DNA of 64,000 bases, taken from NCBI GenBank assembly GCA_028284125.1, contig JANQSI010000018.1, positions 336,998 through 400,997 of the forward strand, read 5' to 3'. The notes under the pieces were generated by a model that worked only from the letters and a program-made list of their open reading frames with translations, did not search any database and was not told where the DNA came from. Shown here piece by piece: positions 1 through 9,317 of the stretch. Each line of letters opens with the position of its first letter. Position 1 is the first letter of the stretch. The position numbers were made by a program, and so were the translations under genes. Source of the stretch: Cyclobacteriaceae bacterium. Its GTDB lineage: Bacteria; Bacteroidota; Bacteroidia; Cytophagales; Cyclobacteriaceae.

Positions 1-114
1 CCGCTTACTATAGCGGTCAAACAATTCGTTCAACTGATCAAGCTGTCCATTTTTGACCTGAGCCATCAGGTGCTCGTCAGTAATTCCTAAATCCAAACCG
101 GCCGCTCTGTCCAA
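1..114 (-). CDS. ECF-type RNA polymerase sigma factor, N-terminal fragment (gene continues off the left edge)
   Basis: Manual translation from TTG at 114: MDRAAGLDLGITDEHLMAQVKNGQLDQLNELFDRYSKR. It matches the 'sDeeLm..v..Gd..af.eLfdRY' start of sigma-70 region 2 in ECF sigmas. An in-frame stop lies just upstream at 130-132. Confidence 0.7.
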   Translation of the reverse strand, partial: MDRAAGLDLGITDEHLMAQVKNGQLDQLNELFDRYSKR

Positions 115-391
115 TTCGACAGTATTTATTTAATTAAACTTTGAAGACCCAGATCCCTTAATGAAATCCCCCCGACCAATCGGGGGCTGCTGGGAAATTC
201 GAATAAGTTACCCAAAAAGCTTTCGAAGGTTACAAACCTGAAAAAATTATTTCATGCCTAGTAAGCAGTTGAGAAAACCAAGAAAATTCTTTGCTTGGAT
301 TACAGATACAGGTTTTTCATTGTAAAAAAGCGCTCATTTTAATTGGACGACTGTCCGTATACAAAGAGGTCAAACTTAAAATAAAGGAGCT

Positions 392-565
392 ATGAAACAA
401 TCAAAGATCTTAAGCATACTACTACTTGGTGGAGTGTTGTTTTTCGGTACAAGCTGTACTGATGATGCTGCCGATGAGTTAAATGTTGGTGAAATGGGTG
501 GCGGAGGTTACGTTGATGAAAACGAAAACAATAAGAAAAACGAAACGGCTCCTCTAAGTGAGTAA
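392..565 (+). CDS. 57-aa small acidic lipoprotein (not in ORF track)
   Basis: MKQSKILSILLLGGVLFFGTS-C-TDDAADELNVGEMGGGGYVDENENNKKNETAPLSE*. It has a basic N-terminus, hydrophobic core and lipobox Cys22, with AAGGAG at 384-389 just upstream of the ATG. Confidence 0.7.
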   Translation: MKQSKILSILLLGGVLFFGTSCTDDAADELNVGEMGGGGYVDENENNKKNETAPLSE

Positions 566-577
566 CTAAAATGTAGT

Positions 578-2503
578 TTAGGAAATTCCTATTTCTTCTA
601 AGAGTTCTTTGAACCGGGGATCGGAACGAAGAGGATTCCATATCGGGCTCGATTTAATCATGACAGCTGCCCCGAGCCTTAGTTCAAGAACTTTTCTAAG
701 ATGTTCGAAAGCTTCGTCTATCATGCCAAGCCCTGTATAGAGCGTAGCAAAACTTAATTCGTAGGCTCCATCCGGATTTTCTTCTGCATCCTTGATTAAC
801 TCTTCTAAATAGGTCTTAGCTGTTTCCGTTTCTCCCTTTAGGGCATACGCATATCCAAGCTGGACAAATGGCTTAATGGAGTGGAGTGCTTTTTCTCCAC
901 CAATGGCTTTGAAAATCTTTATGGCCTCATCATAATCTCCATTCATTAAATAGGCCCACCCTTTGAACTCAAAGGCGGTCTTGAAATCCGGATCTTGATC
1001 GAGCAGCCAGTCGTAGATCTCGATGGCCAAATTGTAATCCCCGCGGAAGTAATAAGCATCTGCGAGGGTACGATTCGTAAGCGATGATAGTGGGTCTATT
1101 TCTCTGGCCTGTTCAATGAAAGCAACCGCTTGATCCAAGTCGCCATAAATCATTGGATATAAAGATGACACTAGGTTAGCATCGGGGGACTTTGGATTAA
1201 TTGTTAGTGCCTTTTCAGTATAAGCCTTTGCTTTTTTAAAATCCCAATGATAGAAAAAGGCAACATAAGCAAGGGCGATATAACCAACGTCAGATTGTTT
1301 ATTAAGCTCTAGTGCTTTTTTTGCAGCTTCCTCTGTTAATGCGTAACCTTCATCGGGCTTAAAAACTCCAGTGAAGGATAATAACGAGTAAGCGAGTGCC
1401 AATCCGGCATAAGCTTGCTCATAATCTGGCTGGATCTCAATCGCTTTTTTAAATGCGACAGTAGCCTTTTGAGCATTATCCGGTGTCCATTTGTTGTAGT
1501 AAAACAGACCTTGTAAATAAGAATTGTAGGCTTCTATTTCTACGGTCTTGGTTTTGCCTTCATCTTCAACCGAACTAATCGACAGTTTTTCTTTTAGCTG
1601 GTGCGAGATCTTCAGCGAAATCTCATCTTGCACTTCGAAAATGTCCTCAAGTAACCGATCGTAAGTCTCAGTCCACAGTTCATAGCCATCGAATGCGCTG
1701 CTCAGTTGCGCACTTATTCGAACTTTGTTCCCTGACTTCCTGACACTTCCTTCGAGTATGGATTGAACTTCGAGTTGTTTGCCGATTTCTCGAACATCCA
1801 TGTTTTTTCCTTTGAATGAGAAAGAACTTGTTCGAGAGATCACGCGTAGGCCATCAACTTTTGCCAGAGCAGTAATTATTTCTTCAGTGATTCCGTCACT
1901 GAAATACTCATTTTCTGGATCCGCGCTTCGGTTTATAAAGGGAAGAACAGCAATACTTTTGATTCGCTCTTTCACTTTTCCTTTGAGCTCTGTACGCTGT
2001 GGCACCACCAATCCATCGTTTGTCAAGGCATATACCTCAACTGGTCGTTTCACATTCTTTAATTCGAACTCACCCATCAAAGATGGTTGAAACGAAGGGT
2101 GATTTTTGAGATCATCAAAAACCTTATCAGAGATCATCACAGAACCAGAGGTGGCAAAAGATTCAATTCGAGAGGCAATGTTCACGCCATCGCCGTAAAC
2201 GCCATCATCCTCAATAACAACATCACCGGTATGAATGCCGATTCTCAAAGGAATGTTCCCAGTAATTGAAGCTTTTTGAATAGAAACCGCTGATGTTGCT
2301 GCAGAGATGGTACTACTAAAAACTGAAAGAGCTCCATCACCATAATACTGCAAGATTTTTCCATCATGTTCCGAAATCTCATGCTCAAGAATTTTTCTGT
2401 GTCGGTCTCTTAATCCTTTCGCATTGATCTCGTCCTCCTGCATCATTGCAGTGTACCCGGCAAGATCCGTAAACATGATTGCACTTAATTGCCGTTTCCC
2501 CAT
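578..2503 (-). CDS. Class III nucleotidyl (adenylate/guanylate) cyclase domain + TolB-N-like domain + TPR repeats
   Basis: AIMFTDLAGYT, YYGDG, LRIGIHTGDV and GDGVNIASR cyclase motifs; SIAVLPF...EYFSDGITEEII TolB-like domain; multiple TPR-like helical repeats. Confidence 0.9.
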   Translation of the reverse strand: MGKRQLSAIMFTDLAGYTAMMQEDEINAKGLRDRHRKILEHEISEHDGKILQYYGDGALSVFSSTISAATSAVSIQKASITGNIPLRIGIHTGDVVIEDDGVYGDGVNIASRIESFATSGSVMISDKVFDDLKNHPSFQPSLMGEFELKNVKRPVEVYALTNDGLVVPQRTELKGKVKERIKSIAVLPFINRSADPENEYFSDGITEEIITALAKVDGLRVISRTSSFSFKGKNMDVREIGKQLEVQSILEGSVRKSGNKVRISAQLSSAFDGYELWTETYDRLLEDIFEVQDEISLKISHQLKEKLSISSVEDEGKTKTVEIEAYNSYLQGLFYYNKWTPDNAQKATVAFKKAIEIQPDYEQAYAGLALAYSLLSFTGVFKPDEGYALTEEAAKKALELNKQSDVGYIALAYVAFFYHWDFKKAKAYTEKALTINPKSPDANLVSSLYPMIYGDLDQAVAFIEQAREIDPLSSLTNRTLADAYYFRGDYNLAIEIYDWLLDQDPDFKTAFEFKGWAYLMNGDYDEAIKIFKAIGGEKALHSIKPFVQLGYAYALKGETETAKTYLEELIKDAEENPDGAYELSFATLYTGLGMIDEAFEHLRKVLELRLGAAVMIKSSPIWNPLRSDPRFKELLEEIGIS

Positions 2504-4050
2504 TACTCCGACCGTTTTTCTTCAACCATAAAAAATGCAATACCAGCCGAAAGGAAAGCCAAGACTGAACTCAGTATTCCAACCCATCGATAAGTCGCGA
2601 TAAAACCTTCTTGAAAAATGGAATTCACTTTTGTCTGCAAACCACTTTCATATGCAATGGGTGCACGGGCCTCACCCAACTTAGTTGTCTCAATCAGTAA
2701 CTCGTTGGATTGTTTCTCTGTCAAACCAAGCCCGTTGATCTCTTTCATGGAGTAGTTAGTAAAAAGGAGAATCGCGACAGCTCCAAGAACAGCGTTTATA
2801 AATGTTCCAGAAATTCTTGTAACACTATTGTTGATTCCAGAAGCAATTCCGGATTTACTTTCATCAACGCAGCTCATGACAGCAGTAGTAAGCGGGACAA
2901 CTGTTATTGACATCCCGATTGCGAAAACTAGAAATGGCGGAAAATAAGTAGTCCAGTAATCGGACGGTCCGTCGGTCAGGCCAATCATTGCTAACCAAAG
3001 CATTCCAAATCCAGTCAATGTCGGCCCTAGGATCAGAAATTTTCTGAAACCATACTTATCGGAAAGCGACCCCATTTTCCTTGCAAGTAAAACCATGATG
3101 AAGGAAAATGGCAGAAATGTAAGACCTGCTTGAAGCTGTGAATATCCCTGAACCTGAATGATGTTTAAGGAAAGGAAAAGCATGATTGCTCCTAGCCCAG
3201 CGTATAGAAAAAAACTAAGCAAGTTGACCCCAGAAAAGGTTTTGTTCTGAAATAAATTCAGCGGGATCATTGGTTGGTCCACCTTTTTCTCAACAACAAT
3301 AAAGACTCCCAATAATAAAGTTCCAATAATCAAACTTGCTAAGACTATCGGACTTTGATATCCAACTTCGGGCATTTCCAAAAAGCCAAAAGTGATCAAT
3401 GCTAGACTAGCAACCAGCAAAACTGCCCCCCAAATATCAACCTTGGAACTTCCTGGTTCTTTGCTTTCTGGGACTTTAAAATGTAGGACAAGAATTGAAA
3501 TCAATCCCAAAGGAACATTGATGAAAAAGATAAATCGCCACAGGCCAATATCTGCAAGCGCTCCACCGAGCACAGGACCACAAATCGTGACAATAGTTGT
3601 AGCAGCGGACCAAGAACCAATTGCTCTTCCTTTTTCTTCCTTGCTGAAGACCGCAGAGATAATTGCCAAACTTCCAGGAATCATTAATGCACCTCCAATT
3701 CCCTGAATCATTCGAAAAATGATCAGAAGTGTGATACTAGGAGTAATTCCACATAAAATGGAACCAATAGTGAATACCAGGATTCCAAATTTGAATACCT
3801 TGACTCGTCCCAACTTGTCGCCAAGACTTCCACCCACAATAATTAAAGCAGCTAACATCAAAAGGTAGCCATTCAGCACCCAAAAAAGATCAGAGCCGGT
3901 TGCACCAAGATCTCTTTGTAGCGAAGGAAGGATTACATTCAGGGCAGTCCCATCAATGAAAGCCATGCTGGAGGCAAGAATTGTTGATATAAGCGTCCAC
4001 CTTCCAGTAGGACAATTAAGTGGAAATTGATGTTGGGAAACTGTGGTCAT
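2503..4050 (-). CDS. MFS transporter, DHA2 (14-TM drug:H+ antiporter) family
   Basis: FIDGTALNVILP, GGSLGDKLGR motif A, RMIQGIGGAL and GPVLGG motifs; about 14 hydrophobic segments. Its stop overlaps the cyclase start (TAATG). Confidence 0.9.
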   Translation of the reverse strand: MTTVSQHQFPLNCPTGRWTLISTILASSMAFIDGTALNVILPSLQRDLGATGSDLFWVLNGYLLMLAALIIVGGSLGDKLGRVKVFKFGILVFTIGSILCGITPSITLLIIFRMIQGIGGALMIPGSLAIISAVFSKEEKGRAIGSWSAATTIVTICGPVLGGALADIGLWRFIFFINVPLGLISILVLHFKVPESKEPGSSKVDIWGAVLLVASLALITFGFLEMPEVGYQSPIVLASLIIGTLLLGVFIVVEKKVDQPMIPLNLFQNKTFSGVNLLSFFLYAGLGAIMLFLSLNIIQVQGYSQLQAGLTFLPFSFIMVLLARKMGSLSDKYGFRKFLILGPTLTGFGMLWLAMIGLTDGPSDYWTTYFPPFLVFAIGMSITVVPLTTAVMSCVDESKSGIASGINNSVTRISGTFINAVLGAVAILLFTNYSMKEINGLGLTEKQSNELLIETTKLGEARAPIAYESGLQTKVNSIFQEGFIATYRWVGILSSVLAFLSAGIAFFMVEEKRSE

Positions 4051-4117
4051 AGTCTAAGTTACTCAACTAACAGTCAAGTGACGTAATTGGTTGCTAATGA
4101 TGGACAAGGAATGACAA

Positions 4118-4846
4118 TTACATCAAAAAGATCAAAGTGCCGACTCCTGCGAAAATGATCATTGCAGAAATTGAGTACATGATATTGATGAGAAAAAGTT
4201 TGAAAAATGTGATGAACCAGCGTTGTTGGTAAACTTTCCTGAGTGCAATCAGAAGATAGATTTCAAGAATGCCAATGGTAATAAAAAAGGCCCATTGACT
4301 TAGAAAAACACTTGTTGGGAAAATGTAATCGATCAGGATGACGAAGATGGTGGAGAGGGCGAAAATAAATGCATGGAAGTGCACGGAGAAAATGAAATGA
4401 GAGAGGTAGATTTTTACTGATTTTCGAAACATTAGGAAAAGAAAAAAGGCAAATAGCGGAAGCAAAAGAAAGAACAACCTTGGAAACCAAACACTAAAGA
4501 AAAAATCCAGGAATTCATTCTCATCACTTTTCTCAACTCCAACAGATGAATCTACAGGGCCAAGGACCAGGAAGAAAATAATGCTAATGAAAATGAACAT
4601 GCGAAGCGGTGGTATGTAACGAACTCTTCTGCCCGCCAAAAACTCTTGAGTCAGAAAACCAGGGTTGAATAACAATGGTCTTACACTCCGAATGATAAGA
4701 GAATCGAACGTAAAATAATCACCAAGAAAATCAAGCATGAATTGCTTAAAGTGAACCACCTTCTCCTTATGTTCTTGGCCACAGTTCGGGCAGAACTTAA
4801 ATTCCGGTTCGAGTTTCCATCCACAGTTTTTGCAAATCCTTTCCAA
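4118..4846 (-). CDS. DUF3667-type membrane protein with N-terminal zinc ribbon
   Basis: CKNC...FCPNCGQ zinc ribbon, LLFNPGFLTQEFLAGRRVRYIPPLRMF segment, then several TM helices. Confidence 0.75.
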   Translation of the reverse strand: MERICKNCGWKLEPEFKFCPNCGQEHKEKVVHFKQFMLDFLGDYFTFDSLIIRSVRPLLFNPGFLTQEFLAGRRVRYIPPLRMFIFISIIFFLVLGPVDSSVGVEKSDENEFLDFFFSVWFPRLFFLLLPLFAFFLFLMFRKSVKIYLSHFIFSVHFHAFIFALSTIFVILIDYIFPTSVFLSQWAFFITIGILEIYLLIALRKVYQQRWFITFFKLFLINIMYSISAMIIFAGVGTLIFLM

Positions 4847-4896
4847 TTTCTTCTCTTTATGGTATTATTGATAACATTTGAAAGAATTCCGTTGCG

Positions 4897-5238
4897 TTGA
4901 GGATTAAAACTAATTTTCTATGTGTATTTGCCTTAGCACTATCTTTTGCTTCCTCAGCTCAAAAGATTGTTGTAGATACTGCCTCCACCAATAAATATAT
5001 TATAAAAAGAGAAGTTGCGTCTGAAGCACCTGCTCAATCAACCAAGCCTGTAGATCCAACCTTTGGAGACCGAGCCCTTTCAATCGGCAAAGGAATTTTG
5101 AATCGATTAAAAGCGCGTCTTAACCTGGAAGAGGCTAGTGAAAGCTTGAAAGCCAAAAAACAAAAGCTACTTGGAAAAAAAGAGGAAGAACCTGTTAAAG
5201 AGGAGCCTCCCAAAGCAGATAAAGAAAGCGGCAATTAA
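4897..5238 (+). CDS. Hypothetical secreted protein, 113 aa
   Basis: Signal peptide (FLCVFALALSFASSA-Q) followed by an amphipathic helix and a K/E-rich tail; fills the intergenic gap. Confidence 0.6.
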   Translation: MRIKTNFLCVFALALSFASSAQKIVVDTASTNKYIIKREVASEAPAQSTKPVDPTFGDRALSIGKGILNRLKARLNLEEASESLKAKKQKLLGKKEEEPVKEEPPKADKESGN

Positions 5239-5243
5239 CCTAT

Positions 5244-5298
5244 TGCCATTCTGGCAGCAAAATTTGAATCCCAACCATTTTAAAGTGACATTTTGTCT
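5244..5298. promoter_or_regulatory. Two palindromic boxes TGCCA-TTC-TGGCA (5244-5256) and TGACA-TTT-TGTCT (5286-5298) upstream of clpB
   Basis: Read directly from sequence; 42-bp start-to-start spacing; similar boxes occur upstream of hsp20. Confidence 0.55.
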
Positions 5299-5320
5299 GC
5301 AAATAGTCCAAAAGAATCAA

Positions 5321-5335
5321 TGGAATAGCTTTTGA
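5321..5335 (+). promoter_or_regulatory. Sigma54-like -24/-12 element upstream of clpB (TGGAATAGCTTTTGA)
   Basis: TGG and TTG sit at the same offsets as in the RpoN consensus TGGCAC-N5-TTGC; a near-identical element lies upstream of hsp20. Confidence 0.5.
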
Positions 5336-5367
5336 TATTTTCGACTTGTACAAGAAACGCGACGGCA

Positions 5368-7986
5368 ATGAACTTCAACAATTACACAATAAAATCACAG
5401 GAAGCACTTCAAAAGGCAACTGAAATTGCATCTGGAAATCAGCACCAGGTGATCGAGACTGGTCATTTGATCAAGGCAATTCTCCAGTCAGACGAAAGCT
5501 TAATTTCATTTCTATTAAAGAAACTTGGAGCCAACAAGAATTCCATTGAACAGGAGGTAGACAAAATAATCAATAGTTATCCGGTCGTCTCAGGAGGACA
5601 ACCCTATCTATCAAACGATGCGGCAAAAGCGCTTCAAAATGCAGAGAAACATTTGAAGGAATTCGGAGACGAATTTGTAGCCGTCGAGCACATGATTTTA
5701 GGGTTGATTGATGGAAATGATAAAGTGGCTCAGCTTTTGAAAAATGAAGGTTTCGAAAAGAAACTATTGATTGCTGCCATCAAAGAGTTAAGAGGAGGAG
5801 AATCCGTAAAAGATCAAAATGCCGAAGCAAAATACCAGTCACTTTCCAGGTATTCAAAAAACCTCAATGATTTAGCTAAAAAAGGAAAAATTGATCCAGT
5901 GATTGGCCGAGATGATGAGATCAGGAGGGTGTTGCAAATTCTCGCGAGACGAACTAAGAACAATCCAATTTTATTAGGAGAACCTGGAGTTGGTAAGACA
6001 GCAATTGTTGAAGGAATGGCTCAACGAATCGTAGATGGTGACGTACCTGAGAACCTGAGGTCAAAAACCATCATTTCATTGGATATGGGTCTTTTAGTTG
6101 CCGGAGCAAAATACAAGGGAGAATTTGAGGAAAGGCTAAAAGCAGTTATAAAAGAAGTGACAGATAGCGATGGTGAAATCATTTTGTTCATCGACGAGAT
6201 ACATACGTTGATTGGTACTGGCGGAGGAGGTGAAGGAGCGATGGACGCTGCTAATCTGTTGAAGCCAGCTTTGGCCAGAGGGGAACTTCATGCAATAGGT
6301 GCTACTACACTCAAAGAGTACCAGAAATATGTCGAAAAAGACAAAGCGCTAGAGAGAAGATTTCAATCGGTGATTGTAGATGAACCTTCCGTTCAGGATG
6401 CCATTTCCATTTTAAGAGGAATTAAAGACAAATACGAGCTCCATCACGGAGTAAGAATCAAGGACGATGCGGTGATTTCCTCTGTTGAACTCTCGAACAG
6501 ATACATTTCAGATAGATTTTTACCAGACAAGGCCATTGACCTGATGGATGAAGCTGCGGCAAAACTTCGGATCGAAATAGATTCTTTGCCGGAAGAACTA
6601 GATGAACTCAATCGGAAAGTAATGCAGCTAGAGATTGAACGTGAAGCAATTAGAAGAGAAAAAGACAAAAAGAAGGAAGCCGAATTGAGCAAAGAAATTG
6701 CAGACTTGGACGAAGAAAGGAAAGGACTAAAAGCCAAGTGGGAAAATGAGAAAAATGTCATCCAAGGCCTACGAAGCACTAAGGAGAACATCGAGCAACT
6801 TAAAATGGAAGCTGAAAAAGCCGAAAAAGCTGGAGATCTGGCATTGGTTGCAGAAATCAGATACGGTAAACTTGGAGAGGCAGAAGCCCAACTAGAGAAT
6901 TTCCAGCAACAACTTTCAGAAATGCAAGGCGAAGAAAGCCTGCTGAAGGAAGAAGTTGACGCAGAAGATATTGCCGGAGTAGTAGCCCGATGGACAGGTA
7001 TTCCAGTATCAAAAATGCTTCAAGGAGATCGAGAGAAGCTTATGCACTTAGAGCAAGAATTGGGCTTACGAGTAGCTGGTCAGACAGAAGCCATTCAAGC
7101 TGTGTCCGATGCGGTAAGAAGAAGTCGAGCAGGATTACATGATCCAAAAAGACCAATAGGATCTTTCATTTTCCTGGGGACCACAGGAGTTGGAAAAACC
7201 GAGCTAGCGAAGGCACTCGCTGAATATTTATTCAACGATGAAAATGCGATGGTCAGAATTGACATGTCTGAATATCAGGAACGGCATGCAGTGAGCCGAT
7301 TGATTGGCGCTCCTCCAGGATATGTGGGATATGATGAAGGCGGGCAGCTTACTGAAGCAGTTAGAAGGAAGCCATACAGTGTGATTTTGCTTGACGAAAT
7401 AGAAAAAGCGCATCCAGATGTCTTCAACATTTTACTTCAGGTATTGGACGATGGTAGACTTACTGACAACAAAGGCCGAGTGGCCAACTTTAAGAATACC
7501 ATTATCATCATGACGACCAATATCGGTTCAGGTCTAATCCAGGAAAACTTTGAACGACTGGACGAAAAGAATCCGGAACCAGTCATTGAAGAAACAAAGG
7601 CACAAGTTTTTGAACTTTTGAAAAAATCTGTAAGGCCAGAGTTTTTGAATCGGGTGGATGAAACAATCATGTTCAGACCATTAAGCCAGGAAGACTTGCA
7701 AAAAATTGTAGCGATCCAATTCAAGCTTATTCAAAAGCGATTGGAAGAGAGTGGAATCAAGATTGAAGCTGACGAAAAAGCACTACAGTTCCTAGGAAGA
7801 GTTGGTTTCGATCCACAATTTGGGGCGCGACCGTTGAAAAGAGTGCTTCAAAGAGAAATTTTGAATGAACTATCGAAATCAATACTGGATGGGTCTATCA
7901 AAAAAGATTCAGTAATTGGTGTGACACTTTCAGATAACGATCAAATAGAATTCATGAATTTGGATGAAGTGGAGATAGAAAATTAA
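5368..7986 (+). CDS. clpB: ATP-dependent chaperone ClpB
   Basis: Two AAA+ modules ([15 protein letters not shown] and [15 protein letters not shown]), a coiled-coil M domain and the GARPLKR motif. ATG 5368 ([10 protein letters not shown]) is preferred over the TTG at 5332. Confidence 0.97.
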   Translation: MNFNNYTIKSQEALQKATEIASGNQHQVIETGHLIKAILQSDESLISFLLKKLGANKNSIEQEVDKIINSYPVVSGGQPYLSNDAAKALQNAEKHLKEFGDEFVAVEHMILGLIDGNDKVAQLLKNEGFEKKLLIAAIKELRGGESVKDQNAEAKYQSLSRYSKNLNDLAKKGKIDPVIGRDDEIRRVLQILARRTKNNPILLGEPGVGKTAIVEGMAQRIVDGDVPENLRSKTIISLDMGLLVAGAKYKGEFEERLKAVIKEVTDSDGEIILFIDEIHTLIGTGGGGEGAMDAANLLKPALARGELHAIGATTLKEYQKYVEKDKALERRFQSVIVDEPSVQDAISILRGIKDKYELHHGVRIKDDAVISSVELSNRYISDRFLPDKAIDLMDEAAAKLRIEIDSLPEELDELNRKVMQLEIEREAIRREKDKKKEAELSKEIADLDEERKGLKAKWENEKNVIQGLRSTKENIEQLKMEAEKAEKAGDLALVAEIRYGKLGEAEAQLENFQQQLSEMQGEESLLKEEVDAEDIAGVVARWTGIPVSKMLQGDREKLMHLEQELGLRVAGQTEAIQAVSDAVRRSRAGLHDPKRPIGSFIFLGTTGVGKTELAKALAEYLFNDENAMVRIDMSEYQERHAVSRLIGAPPGYVGYDEGGQLTEAVRRKPYSVILLDEIEKAHPDVFNILLQVLDDGRLTDNKGRVANFKNTIIIMTTNIGSGLIQENFERLDEKNPEPVIEETKAQVFELLKKSVRPEFLNRVDETIMFRPLSQEDLQKIVAIQFKLIQKRLEESGIKIEADEKALQFLGRVGFDPQFGARPLKRVLQREILNELSKSILDGSIKKDSVIGVTLSDNDQIEFMNLDEVEIEN

Positions 7987-8088
7987 TTAGAGAATTAAAA
8001 TCGTCATTTGTGAAGATTCAAAAAAATTAATTATAATAGCATATACATTAAACCAGATCGCGTTTTCGCACGTAAGAAGTTTAATTAA

Positions 8089-8107
8089 GAAAGGCTCTCT
8101 GCCTTTC
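8089..8107 (+). terminator. Possible intrinsic terminator downstream of clpB
   Basis: GAAAGGC-TCTCT-GCCTTTC 7-bp stem followed by ATTT; the U tract is weak. Confidence 0.3.
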
Positions 8108-8240
8108 ATTTCGACCACTAACAATCAAACCACTCTTCAGGACACCCTAAAAATACCACGTCCTCTTTGGGATTAATTTTTCCTAAGAGGTATGTAGAAT
8201 ATTTTTCTACTACCCCTTATCAAATTTTATCAAAATTGAT

Positions 8241-9017
8241 ATGATTCTGGTATCGTGGTTCTATTTGAAGAAATGTTTTTACAAGGTTTTGTTAGTTACA
8301 TTCTCTTTGCTAGGCCTTGTCCATAATTCTGAAGCGAAGAGCGGTAGCGAATTCTATTTTGACCAAAATGCGATCGCAGCACACAACCTCCCAATTACAC
8401 ATTTGGAGTATGACGAGATAGGCGAATACTATTTTCCTGAAAATCAAACACAAGCTCGTAAGGAGAGTGAGCAGAGGACGCAATTGTTTTTGATTATCAC
8501 AATCATTTGGGTCGTATTACTTGCTGCGGGTTTTATTATATACATAAATCGCAGGAATAATAGGTGTCAACTAGAACTCAGAACTGAACTTGAGAAAGGA
8601 GAGATGGCGTTGCAACAGCAGGCGCTTCAAGTCATCAACCTCAACAATCACATTGAAAAGATTGAAAGCAAACTGAAAGAGATCAGAAAAAGCGAAGAGG
8701 TAGCTGGTAAGGATCTACAAGGTGTATTGAATGAGATGTTTGTTAATAGATCTTTTGATAAAGAGTGGGAACGCTTGGATAGCCATTTTTCCAAGATACA
8801 TCCAAAGTTTAGTAAAACGTTGATTGAGCGCCATGGTCATCTTACTCAAAAAGAACGGAGATTACTATCCTTGATCAGGATGGATTTAAACACAAGAGAA
8901 ATTGCCAGAGTTCTTGGAATCGCACAGCGAAGTGTTGTGATGAGTAGATATCGATTAAAACAAAAACTAAATTTGAAAGAAGAAGATAACTTGAATTCCT
9001 ACATTCAAATGATTTGA
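8241..9017 (+). CDS. Membrane-anchored LuxR/GerE-type HTH regulator
   Basis: N-terminal hydrophobic segment, a TM helix (LFLIITIIWVVLLAAGFIIYI), a coiled coil, and C-terminal LTQKERRLLSLIRMDLNTREIARVLGIAQRSVVMSRYRLKQKL. Confidence 0.75.
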   Translation: MILVSWFYLKKCFYKVLLVTFSLLGLVHNSEAKSGSEFYFDQNAIAAHNLPITHLEYDEIGEYYFPENQTQARKESEQRTQLFLIITIIWVVLLAAGFIIYINRRNNRCQLELRTELEKGEMALQQQALQVINLNNHIEKIESKLKEIRKSEEVAGKDLQGVLNEMFVNRSFDKEWERLDSHFSKIHPKFSKTLIERHGHLTQKERRLLSLIRMDLNTREIARVLGIAQRSVVMSRYRLKQKLNLKEEDNLNSYIQMI

Positions 9018-9026
9018 CAATTGCAG

Positions 9027-9317
9027 CTATAAGAATCGAATATCTTCGACTTCCCCTTTTCCAATTTCTTCAGTAATCAGGTCTAGAATTTTCGCTTTTG
9101 AATTTTGCATTTCTTGTTTCAATGGTGCTGAACTGAGCTTCACGAAAAGGGTCTTGTCCTTAAAGAAAATTTGATTAGTTCGTGAAGCGATCGTCTTGCC
9201 CATCACTTTTTCCCAGTTAGCAATCAATCGTTTTTGCTTGAAGGTGTGCTCAAGGTTTTCCTCCTTCAAAAATTGGTTGAAAGCTGTTCTGAAGTTTTTG
9301 ATGGGATCTTCACTCAT
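9027..9317 (-). CDS. DUF721/DciA-family protein
   Basis: WEKVMGKTIASRT...TLFVKLSSAPLKQEM pattern; directly downstream of recF, a typical context. Confidence 0.8.
   Translation of the reverse strand: MSEDPIKNFRTAFNQFLKEENLEHTFKQKRLIANWEKVMGKTIASRTNQIFFKDKTLFVKLSSAPLKQEMQNSKAKILDLITEEIGKGEVEDIRFL

Noticed and set aside
390-641. 83-aa minus-strand ORF from the track
   Set aside because: It is antisense to a better-supported lipoprotein ORF (392-565 +) and overlaps the cyclase 3' end.
578-2503. Cyclase as part of an anti-phage (Pycsar/CBASS-like) system
   Set aside because: It has the common cyclase-TolB-TPR signalling architecture, and there is no adjacent effector or defence-island context.
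5239-5367. CIRCE/HrcA operator upstream of clpB
   Set aside because: TTAGCACTC-N9-GAGTGCTAA is not present; a different dyad was found instead.
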